Shown here: in pieces, positions 47,517-55,349 of the stretch
Numbering within the stretch: position 1 is the stretch's first letter
Layout: each line of letters opens with the position of its first letter
Assembly: GCA_011364965.1 (NCBI GenBank)
Contig: RDOB01000008.1
Span: forward strand, 1-55,349
From: Candidatus Heimdallarchaeota archaeon
Lineage (GTDB): Archaea > Asgardarchaeota > Heimdallarchaeia > Hodarchaeales > Hodarchaeaceae
Reading direction: 5' to 3'
DNA length: 55,349 nt
Program-made: the position numbers and the translations under genes
The notes under the pieces: model-generated
Told to the model about the DNA's origin: nothing
What the model saw: the letters and a program-made list of their open reading frames with translations, nothing else
The model's database searches: none

Positions 47517-48284
47517 TCAAATTAATAGAGAGAGACAGGTTATGGCACCTTCACATTTTTGAAATTCGCTCATATCTAAAGTGATTACTTCATAATCTTC
47601 TTTTTCTACTAAGAATTGAGCCTCAGGGGATCCTATAGGCATAATCACAACATTTCCTATTGTTAAAGTGTTAGCTGCATATTTCTCCTCCTCTTTCACT
47701 ACTAAAACTTTGAATTTTTGGAAGATTGGGTGATGTGAGAATTTTCGTGTTCCTATGAGGAGGTTTTCATTGATAGAAGTAATATGACTCTTCAAGTGAA
47801 TAATTGAGGCATCTTCCACCACAGTAACTCTCACCTCAAGCCATTTACTCATCTGATCCACAGCCTCCTGATTGGTTCGCTGACTCAATCCACAAATTAA
47901 TCGGTCTCGAAAATGAATCACATCTCCCCCCTCTATTGTTCCAGGGATTTCCACACTTTTCACATCTAAATATTGTTTTAACACATCTTGAAGACCTTCA
48001 ACCTCGCTTCTTCTTACTTCAGCTCCCATCCTACAAATTAATGCCTTCTTCTTGTGTATAATGGCGTTATCTTCAATAAAACACGAATCAGGGTCATTAG
48101 GACGAGATTCGAGGTGTATTACTTCTAAATCTACAGTTTCAAGTGTTTTACAATACAAATCATGCTGTGTTCTTGCTTTAGTCAGGTTAAAAGATTTATG
48201 ATGAGGATGTGATGATATACATTTCCTCATACTAGAACTAGGTTGCCGAACCAAGGCTATTTTTGGATCCATTAATAAATCCAC
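47517..48284 (-). CDS. Dimethylarginine dimethylaminohydrolase (amidinotransferase family)
   Basis: PDSCFIED, IEGGDV, HLKS, YAAN, GAITCLSL; ATG 48272 is an alternative start. Confidence 0.92.
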   Translation of the reverse strand: MDLLMDPKIALVRQPSSSMRKCISSHPHHKSFNLTKARTQHDLYCKTLETVDLEVIHLESRPNDPDSCFIEDNAIIHKKKALICRMGAEVRRSEVEGLQDVLKQYLDVKSVEIPGTIEGGDVIHFRDRLICGLSQRTNQEAVDQMSKWLEVRVTVVEDASIIHLKSHITSINENLLIGTRKFSHHPIFQKFKVLVVKEEEKYAANTLTIGNVVIMPIGSPEAQFLVEKEDYEVITLDMSEFQKCEGAITCLSLLI

Positions 48285-48315
48285 CTAAAGTGCCTATTTA
48301 TGATAATATAGATCA

Positions 48316-48957
48316 TCAATGGCGTGCAATCAGAAGAAAAATGCTGGAAAGAAATACACCAACTGCGAGGATAATAGATGAGAAATCTGGGAACAAAATT
48401 GCAAGACTTAAAATGAAAATAATAATTATTAATCCCAAATTTAGACCAATATCCTTGTTTATTTTTGTAAGAATTCTATAAACTAATGAGACCCCAACTA
48501 ACAATATCCCAACCGTAAAAATATATCCTTGTAGTTCTGGAAGAAGTGTTCCTGTACCAATTGTTAATACTAATAATAACATAGACAAATAGATGTATCT
48601 CTCTTGTTTCGATCCTCGATATAATATTAGAATAAATATTAAACCAAGAAAGACTAGAGCTAGAACAGAGGCTTCAGGGACGATCGCAATGGGAATAAGA
48701 TCTGGATTGAGAAGATCAACTCCTATAATAACAGCAATTAAAGTAAAAAGATAAGGAAGGATTCGATATATTCTAACAATATTAGAGCTATGTTTTCTTT
48801 TGTATGTAAAGATGGTATCATCATCTATTATACTCGCAGCTATTGAAGTACTCGATCTTGCTTCTAAAGGCTTTTTAGTTTCTAATCTGCCAGCACAGGT
48901 ATCACAAAAAACTAATCCATCCCTGATTGGTTTACCACACTTCTCACAATTAGTCAT
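48316..48957 (-). CDS. Zinc-ribbon membrane protein
   Basis: CEKCG...FCDTCA followed by about 6 TM helices. Confidence 0.8.
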   Translation of the reverse strand: MTNCEKCGKPIRDGLVFCDTCAGRLETKKPLEARSSTSIAASIIDDDTIFTYKRKHSSNIVRIYRILPYLFTLIAVIIGVDLLNPDLIPIAIVPEASVLALVFLGLIFILILYRGSKQERYIYLSMLLLVLTIGTGTLLPELQGYIFTVGILLVGVSLVYRILTKINKDIGLNLGLIIIIFILSLAILFPDFSSIILAVGVFLSSIFLLIARH

Positions 48958-49062
48958 GTTGGAAATTCACCAATTTACTGTTTCTTATTAAATGAACAAC
49001 AATGTACATTTTTTAAACTTTTAAAAATTACTTAAATTTTCAGAAGAATATCAGAGGTATAA

Positions 49063-49947
49063 TTATTTAATTTTTTCATTCAAAATCCATGGTTGAAGTA
49101 ACTCCTTAACACATCGTCCTGCAGATCTAGAACGCCATTTTAACAAATCCATATGAGTTGCTTCAGGGACAGTAAAGTTCATGGCATAAGGTAACGGTAC
49201 ACTTGATGCTTCTACTAATCCATCATTGGGAATCTGTCCAATATGAATAAATGGAAATTTATCATCAAACCAGAATTTATTAAACAAAATGGGTTGCCAA
49301 ATTATTCCCAATTGTCCTGTGGACTTTAATCCTCGAACAGTGAACCATTTAATGGTTTCAATGGGTTTCAAACTATTAAGCTGTTTGAGGAACGAGGAAT
49401 CAGGATCCATTTGTATAAATTGAGATTTCATTAAGTTCCATTCATTTGGTGTTATATTTCCTTGTGGCAATTCCAAAAGGATATTCAATCCAGTTATTAC
49501 AAAATCAGCAGGAATTGTGAAAATTTTTTGAGCCATTCTAGTTCCATAATTAGGAGTGCCCATGAGAAAAATATTCTTTATAGGTATTTTTTCATCTAAT
49601 CGCAAAAAATGAACCATTGACCGTGCTACAAGTCCCCCCATTGAATGAGCGAAGATATCAAGTTGTGGAGGAGATTCAAAGGAACTAAAAATATGAAGAA
49701 TTTGCTTAGAAAGATGATGAGCTAATGAAAGATCCGTCGTCTGAGAGTATATTGGAGTGCGAATATCAAAAGTATGGCTAACATCTAAACCGTGTTTAGA
49801 AGCGTAAAAAGATAAATTTCTTATCTCAAGATATGATTCGTTAAACGGTGGATCTTTTAAAACCGCTTCAATCTCATTCATAAAGCCTGTTTTTCCTGCA
49901 AAGCCATGAATAAGAATAGCAAGCCGATCGTTTGTATTTTTTTTCAT
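49063..49947 (-). CDS. Alpha/beta hydrolase (lipase/esterase, PGAP1-like)
   Basis: LIHGFAG, AHSMGG, MGTPNYG, NDGLV, ATHMDL catalytic triad. Confidence 0.9.
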   Translation of the reverse strand: MKKNTNDRLAILIHGFAGKTGFMNEIEAVLKDPPFNESYLEIRNLSFYASKHGLDVSHTFDIRTPIYSQTTDLSLAHHLSKQILHIFSSFESPPQLDIFAHSMGGLVARSMVHFLRLDEKIPIKNIFLMGTPNYGTRMAQKIFTIPADFVITGLNILLELPQGNITPNEWNLMKSQFIQMDPDSSFLKQLNSLKPIETIKWFTVRGLKSTGQLGIIWQPILFNKFWFDDKFPFIHIGQIPNDGLVEASSVPLPYAMNFTVPEATHMDLLKWRSRSAGRCVKELLQPWILNEKIK

Positions 49948-50425
49948 AGTTAGAAGCAGGTAACCATCCGCTTAAAAAATGATACTGAGGCAAAATGACA
50001 TCGGGGAGTACAATTCTAGGATTTTCATCTTACCATATCATTCTTTTTATTGTGACTTTTAGCTTAGAAATCTAGACTGTAGGAAAGAAGAAAAAATGGC
50101 ATTGCTTTGGTAGAGGAACTCAGGAAAAGATGAAGAACAAAGACTTAGAAAAAGAATGAACTCCTCGCATATGATTCTGCTTCAATCTTATCATCTAAAG
50201 CATATATCATTTGTATTCTATCCTTTTTTTGATGTTGTCTGTTTAAAATCCTTCTCTTCTCTGTTGACAAGTTGATTGCCACAATTTTTGCCACATTAAT
50301 TATTTATAAAAATAATTCGCGGAATTACTGACTAAAATATCTCAAAAGATAACTTGGAGAATTATATTCCTTTTTAAAGATCAGAAATCTTGAAGTTTAG
50401 CCTTAAGCTAGGAGAAAATTTTTAA

Positions 50426-51781
50426 ATGATGGTTAATCGATTATTAGGATCTGAGGAATTGCCTGAAAAGACTCAAGGATTATTACGATCGGTTTTAACT
50501 TTAGGTATGATGATATCATTCCTTATGAGTTTATCGAATACTTTTTACATTGTTTTTGTGATTGATAAAATTGGTTATACCCTTGCTGCGACTAGTACCT
50601 CAATTATGTTGCTTACACAGTTAATATTTGATTATCCTTCTGGATCCCTTGGAGATTGGATTGGTCAACGATGGGTATTGGCAATCGCATTCATCACTTA
50701 CTGGATCAATTTTCTATTTCTTATTTCTGCTCAAACTTTTACAGATTTCGTTTTTATCGGAATTATCAATGGATTTGGTAACGCTCAATCATCAGGTGCC
50801 TTTGCAACGTGGATAGATAACAATTACAGAAAAACTGTTGGAGGAAAAGATACTGATCGACGAATTTATGGATTTGTTATGTCGAGAATTGGTACTTTCC
50901 AAAGCTTCGCCTTGGGAGTATCATTCATGCTTGGAGGTTTATTCGCAACACTCATTTCCAGAGAATTTGTGTTCTCTATCCAGTTCTATTTAACAATCAT
51001 TGTAATTGTATTAATACTTATCTTCATTAAAGATGTTAAAATGGAAGAAGAAATAGAGGATCAGAAGAAATCTCAATCGAATAATTATTTCGAATTTCTA
51101 AAAGGAGGAATCAATGTTCTCTTTTCTAGTAAATCTGTCTTTCTAATTTTAGTAGGAAGCGCAATTTACAATACAACTTGGCTTATTTGGGGAAATTTGA
51201 TACTTTTCCCAATTTATTTTGGATATACGGGAACTGATGCTCTCGCAAGTCTTCTACGCACTACTTTATTCTTCGTAGGAATTCCAGTCAGTTTCTATAT
51301 GGCAAATGTAAGTAAAAAAATAGCAAATGATCGGTTACCCCTTATGATTTTTCTTGAATTGATTCTTTTCTTCCCTAGCTTCTTTATTCTCCTTTATTTT
51401 GTCCCTCCTCAGAATGAGTTGAATCTGATCGGAGTTGTTGGTACTTTCATTTTACTTGCTACATTGGTTGGAATGCTTTTTAATATCTCAACAACATTAC
51501 TACAGCGTATTACACTCGATTTAGTCCCCTCTGAAAATCGAAACGCAGTGTATTCATTGCTTCCCTCTATAATATCTATTTTTGGAATTCCAATACTTCC
51601 AATTGCAGGAGAACTGATCGAATTATTTGGATTATATGCAGGCCTTCTTCTAGCAGGGGTAGTTTGTACTGTAGGCTTTATTCTACTAGCTATTGGAGTC
51701 AAAGTAGGTAAAGATACAGAATTACTTGATATTAAGATCGATCTAACCGAGGAAAAGACTCCTGTCGTGGGTGGGAAGTAA
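50426..51781 (+). CDS. MFS transporter
   Basis: FDYPSGSLGDWIGQR motif A, about 12 TM, VPSENRNAVYS. Confidence 0.9.
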   Translation: MMVNRLLGSEELPEKTQGLLRSVLTLGMMISFLMSLSNTFYIVFVIDKIGYTLAATSTSIMLLTQLIFDYPSGSLGDWIGQRWVLAIAFITYWINFLFLISAQTFTDFVFIGIINGFGNAQSSGAFATWIDNNYRKTVGGKDTDRRIYGFVMSRIGTFQSFALGVSFMLGGLFATLISREFVFSIQFYLTIIVIVLILIFIKDVKMEEEIEDQKKSQSNNYFEFLKGGINVLFSSKSVFLILVGSAIYNTTWLIWGNLILFPIYFGYTGTDALASLLRTTLFFVGIPVSFYMANVSKKIANDRLPLMIFLELILFFPSFFILLYFVPPQNELNLIGVVGTFILLATLVGMLFNISTTLLQRITLDLVPSENRNAVYSLLPSIISIFGIPILPIAGELIELFGLYAGLLLAGVVCTVGFILLAIGVKVGKDTELLDIKIDLTEEKTPVVGGK

Positions 51782-51845
51782 AAAAGAATCTCTCACTAAT
51801 TTATGAGAGGGAGGCCTTTTATTAGGAAAATTTCCTACTAACTCT

Positions 51846-52598
51846 ATGAATTTAAAAGAATTTAAAGAATCTATCTTTCTTGATCATTTCTTTTTAATGA
51901 TTAATGACAAGATATTCCAAGAAGCACTAGAACTCCCGAAAATAATGAAAAATACAATTAATGATCGGATTGAAAGGCCAGATACCTCATATGAAGGTGT
52001 TTACGTTTTTGCTGAAAATGGTACATACCTTGAGTTTTTAACTACTGCGGGTACAGAATATGACTTCTATTTAGGGATAGGGATGAGCTTCAGGTCAACT
52101 GATAGTCTCAACATGGAGTTGCTTAATACTCTATTTCCAGAATTGGATTTGGTGGTATATAACATCCAATATTCAGATAATTCTCCTTGGTATGACGCAT
52201 ACATGCTACAACCGGCAAAGAAATGTAAGAAAATTAATTTTACTTCCTGGTTAATTAATTATCATACAAAAAGAACGAGAAAATCCATTCAACAACTCCT
52301 AAGAGAGTTTAGTTCCTTGAAACTAACTGTTCCTCAATGTTATTTAGAATTAATGGATTATTCTATTCAATGGCTTCCAATTGAAAGAAAATTTACTTCT
52401 AATAGTGGATTCCTTAATATACCTGTCACAAAGAATAGCTCCTTAAGCGTAGAAATAACCGTAAATCCAAGCACGGAGCAATTTATCCCTGTCGAAGTCA
52501 AAGCTGATATGATAAATCATAAATCTGATATCTCACGTTCCTTAGGAGATCTTAAAGTTGCAACAAGAGACAGAGAACTGATCATTACAATATTGTAG
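51846..52598 (+). CDS. Hypothetical protein, glyoxalase/DUF5829-like
   Basis: LDHFFL...SYEGVYV...TYLEFL...GIGMS pattern. Confidence 0.5.
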   Translation: MNLKEFKESIFLDHFFLMINDKIFQEALELPKIMKNTINDRIERPDTSYEGVYVFAENGTYLEFLTTAGTEYDFYLGIGMSFRSTDSLNMELLNTLFPELDLVVYNIQYSDNSPWYDAYMLQPAKKCKKINFTSWLINYHTKRTRKSIQQLLREFSSLKLTVPQCYLELMDYSIQWLPIERKFTSNSGFLNIPVTKNSSLSVEITVNPSTEQFIPVEVKADMINHKSDISRSLGDLKVATRDRELIITIL

Positions 52599-52737
52599 AA
52601 AGAAACTTCCACTATCGTCAGAAAATAGGTGATTTAATCAGTTTTCTTTGCCGAAATCTTAAGCTACATATATATCGCATTATAAGACATTATATATCAG
52701 AATTGGGTCTAATGATATTTGATCAGGTGCATCAAAA

Positions 52738-53469
52738 ATGAGTTTTTGTGAAAAATGTGGTAGTAGCCTTGACGATGAAGTATTTTTCTGTCCTGAATGT
52801 GGAAGTTCAGTGAAATCAAAGATGAGTCACGTAGATGAAATTGCTCAAATTAAAAAGGAAAATAAATTAAAAGTAAACTCACATTCTTCTCAACCAATCT
52901 TTGTACAGAAACAGATGAAGACTTCAGGTCTTTCTCCGGCACGCTATTATGGATTATTCCTCTTGGGAGGTTTTATGATTATTATTGGAATTTCAATATT
53001 AGTGGGAGATTTACCCTCATTGCCAACAATGCCACGAATGCCAAGTATTCCTCCTATGCCAGAATTTTCGGGTTCGATTTTTCTGTCTATAGGTTTGACT
53101 GTATTAGCATTAGCGACGGTTTATCTAGTCGGAAGAGAATCCTCTCGAGATCCAATTATATATTGGACAATTGCAATGTTCATTTTTACTCTTGGTTTAA
53201 GTATAACAATTAGTGGAGCAGCAGATATCATCTTACCAATTGGATTAACAATTACGGGGCTTTTAATTGTATATCTGTATTCGAGACACTCAACCCATCC
53301 ACAGGGATACTATATTGTGTTTGCGATCGCAATAATCATGATAGGAATTTCACTTATTATTCCTTCATCCATAGACATCATATTTCCCATTGGTTTTATT
53401 GGAGGAGGATTAGCTATATGCTATTCGGTTTTTAAATCTCCTCTTCGGCCAACAAATGCAGCTAATTAA
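52738..53469 (+). CDS. Zinc-ribbon membrane protein (paralog-like to 48316..48957)
   Basis: FCEKCG...FCPECG, about 6 TM, xxP-repeat loop. Confidence 0.8.
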   Translation: MSFCEKCGSSLDDEVFFCPECGSSVKSKMSHVDEIAQIKKENKLKVNSHSSQPIFVQKQMKTSGLSPARYYGLFLLGGFMIIIGISILVGDLPSLPTMPRMPSIPPMPEFSGSIFLSIGLTVLALATVYLVGRESSRDPIIYWTIAMFIFTLGLSITISGAADIILPIGLTITGLLIVYLYSRHSTHPQGYYIVFAIAIIMIGISLIIPSSIDIIFPIGFIGGGLAICYSVFKSPLRPTNAAN

Positions 53470-53522
53470 AAAGGTAGAGGAGGTTTCTTTTTTTTAACAA
53501 CATCTCAAGCATAGCGATTAGG

Positions 53523-54221
53523 TTATGCTTTGGGAATCTTCCTCCTGATGCTGGATTTCTGTTTCTCAGGTGTTTTTTCGCAAATTGATGAAGGAATTTT
53601 ACTTTTTGGGGGATTTATTTCGGTTTTTACCTTTTCTTCCTTTAAAATAATAGACGCAGGAGGAATTTTGCTCCTTTCGGGGACTTTAGATTTTTCAATC
53701 CTCCGTAAAATCTGGTTTGCGGGCTCTCTTTTGCGATTTGGAGTATAACCCTTTCTAGAAGGAATCATTTGTTGAGAGAGTTTTCTATTCCTTCTTGAAG
53801 AAGGAGGTGGAGGAGTATTTTTTTTCTGGATTTTTGTGATTGGTGCATATCCCTTTCTCGAGGGAGGACTTTTGCTAACCAAGGTTCGCTTCTTCGTATT
53901 AGCGGGGACTTTTCGATTTGGCTCTTTAATACGTTCATTCATGATACCTGTAGATTTAGGAATCGACTCAGTTTGATTTGGCTGTCTTTTTGGAGGAAGA
54001 GTATTTTCTTTTGCCTCATATACGCTACTATTCTTTAATCCTCTATCAGTCGGTATCTTAATCTTTTTGGGGGTTTGTGAGATTTTCAACTTTGGAGGAG
54101 GAAGATCAAATGAAGATTTTTGACCCGGAAATTTTTCTTTTACCTCTGAACTGAGATCATCGGGAACTTTTTCCTTCACTTCATCCTCAGGGGGTTTTTT
54201 CTTTATGTTAAATGATCCCAA
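53523..54221 (-). CDS. Basic K/P/S/R-rich intrinsically disordered protein
   Basis: 232 aa of low complexity with internal repeats EVKEKxP, PSRKGYxP and SKIP; TTG start after GGTGGG. Confidence 0.6.
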   Translation of the reverse strand: MGSFNIKKKPPEDEVKEKVPDDLSSEVKEKFPGQKSSFDLPPPKLKISQTPKKIKIPTDRGLKNSSVYEAKENTLPPKRQPNQTESIPKSTGIMNERIKEPNRKVPANTKKRTLVSKSPPSRKGYAPITKIQKKNTPPPPSSRRNRKLSQQMIPSRKGYTPNRKREPANQILRRIEKSKVPERSKIPPASIILKEEKVKTEINPPKSKIPSSICEKTPEKQKSSIRRKIPKA

Positions 54222-54316
54222 GAGTACTATTACCCACCGAGTTGTATTTTATTGCATACACTGCAAGATTTTTTTAGAAATTTAAGATTTTAAAGTATTT
54301 GGAACTAAAATTATAG

Positions 54317-54922
54317 CTATTTTCCAAGGATAAATCCTAAACCAGAGAAAAGGAAGAATAATCCATAGAAGCATCCTAGTAGATCAGAAGCGAAAAAACC
54401 AGCAAGTAAAAAAAGAGTACCAAAAATTAGAAAAGTAAATATCGCAGTCCATTCAGCAGAAGGTCCCCGTTCTGATTGAGAAGTGAGGCGAATGAACTGA
54501 TAACGTGTAAAACTCCTAATTAATAAAGCACTTGAAACAGCAAGATAAGGAAACGCTAAAATCGAAGGTATAGCAATATGTAAAAGCACTGATTCAGCAG
54601 GGGGATTCACGTTGATCTCAAATGTCAATAATGTTTCCTGTCCAATGGGAAAAAATGGGCTTGAGAGTAAAATGATCAGCGGGATGATATTTGCTAGGGA
54701 AAAAAAGTAGATTTCATTCAATGTAGCATTATGATCAAGGTAGAAAAACATCCGAAGGAAATAAAGAATTGTGATAGTTGTGTACAACGTTAAATAGAGA
54801 ATATTTAGGGCTGTGGTATCTTCATTTCGTATAAAGAAGAAAATGGTGGCAGATATGCCCATTAACAAGACAAACCAAGCAATAGAGTGACGGGAAGGCA
54901 TAGTAAATCCTTTTTTCCTCAT
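54317..54922 (-). CDS. Multi-pass membrane hypothetical protein
   Basis: About 6 hydrophobic segments in 201 aa. Confidence 0.7.
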   Translation of the reverse strand: MRKKGFTMPSRHSIAWFVLLMGISATIFFFIRNEDTTALNILYLTLYTTITILYFLRMFFYLDHNATLNEIYFFSLANIIPLIILLSSPFFPIGQETLLTFEINVNPPAESVLLHIAIPSILAFPYLAVSSALLIRSFTRYQFIRLTSQSERGPSAEWTAIFTFLIFGTLFLLAGFFASDLLGCFYGLFFLFSGLGFILGK

Positions 54923-54924
54923 AT

Positions 54925-55347
54925 TTAATTTTTCTTACGGAACATATTGATTACTTTATGATAAGAGCTTCCTGGTAGACGAATCATTTTAACATTCTTG
55001 ACAGGTTTATTACATCTACTGCAAATACTCGCTACAGCTATCCATTTGTTATATTCATTTTCGTGACTTGGATGCTTGCAATGGGGACAAATTACTACTT
55101 GGCGGTCTTTTTCAATAGGAAACTCATAACAGAAGATACATCGAAAATCATCCTCTGTTAAATGCTGTCCAAGTGGAGTGAGACTATTAATTATCGCTGG
55201 AGAAAGCTTATTTACCGTTCTGGTTCTTGGAGTAGATATTGCAGGAACCACTCGTACAGAAGATGACGACCAAACACTTGGAGAAGAAGATTGAGAGCGC
55301 AGGGAGCTTGGGGGCCTAGTATCCCCCCAAGAGATCGTAGGAGTGGA
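54925..55347 (-). CDS. RING-like zinc-finger protein, 5' end beyond the window
   Basis: CIFC-x13-CPHCKHPSH...W...CSRC; frame is open from GTG 55251 to the window edge (S/P-rich linker). Confidence 0.7.
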   Translation of the reverse strand, partial: STPTISWGDTRPPSSLRSQSSSPSVWSSSSVRVVPAISTPRTRTVNKLSPAIINSLTPLGQHLTEDDFRCIFCYEFPIEKDRQVVICPHCKHPSHENEYNKWIAVASICSRCNKPVKNVKMIRLPGSSYHKVINMFRKKN

Positions 55348-55349
55348 TT

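Noticed and set aside
49950-50425. Possible Zn-ribbon gene remnant (CGKNCGNQL) on the minus strand of a long intergenic region
   Set aside because: Short, bounded by stops, has no start, and may come from a small TGTGGCAA duplication
1-55349. CRISPR array, rRNA genes, IS transposases and the remaining short overlapping ORFs in the track
   Set aside because: No regularly spaced repeats, extended GC-rich RNA-like segments or transposase motifs were seen; the short ORFs overlap well-supported genes and lack motifs

Overview
AT-rich archaeal chromosomal segment, most likely from an Asgard archaeon (inferred Heimdallarchaeia/Hodarchaeales-like). Archaeal core genes (FEN1, aCPSF1/FttA, EgsA, Dph5, TrmI, Trm5, CTP-dependent riboflavin kinase, A/V-ATPase subunits) sit alongside eukaryotic-signature-like proteins: a Rab-like GTPase, candidate TRAP-alpha and TRAP-beta, longin-like proteins, a JAMM/MPN protease, a RING-like finger and an 1871-aa alpha-solenoid protein. 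The window opens with tightly packed small ORFs and a tyrosine integrase, possibly the end of an integrated element. It holds three tRNAs (Leu-UAG, Val-UAC, and Lys-CUU with a non-canonical D-arm intron), a dispersed glycine cleavage system plus SHMT, and a more accessory-looking right part (paired HdrD-like Fe-S proteins, PepT, TldD/E, MFS transporters, an orphan DNA methyltransferase, hydrolases, Zn-ribbon membrane proteins). Best candidates for undescribed biology: the giant triple-repeat/solenoid/acidic-tail protein, a longin-gelsolin fusion co-transcribed with a JAMM-beta-sandwich protease, a tandem-longin protein, two genes that seem to need ATT/ATA starts, and a wHTH-fused FAD synthase facing the wHTH riboflavin kinase. 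No rRNA or CRISPR array was seen. All calls come from reading motifs by eye; no database searches were run.
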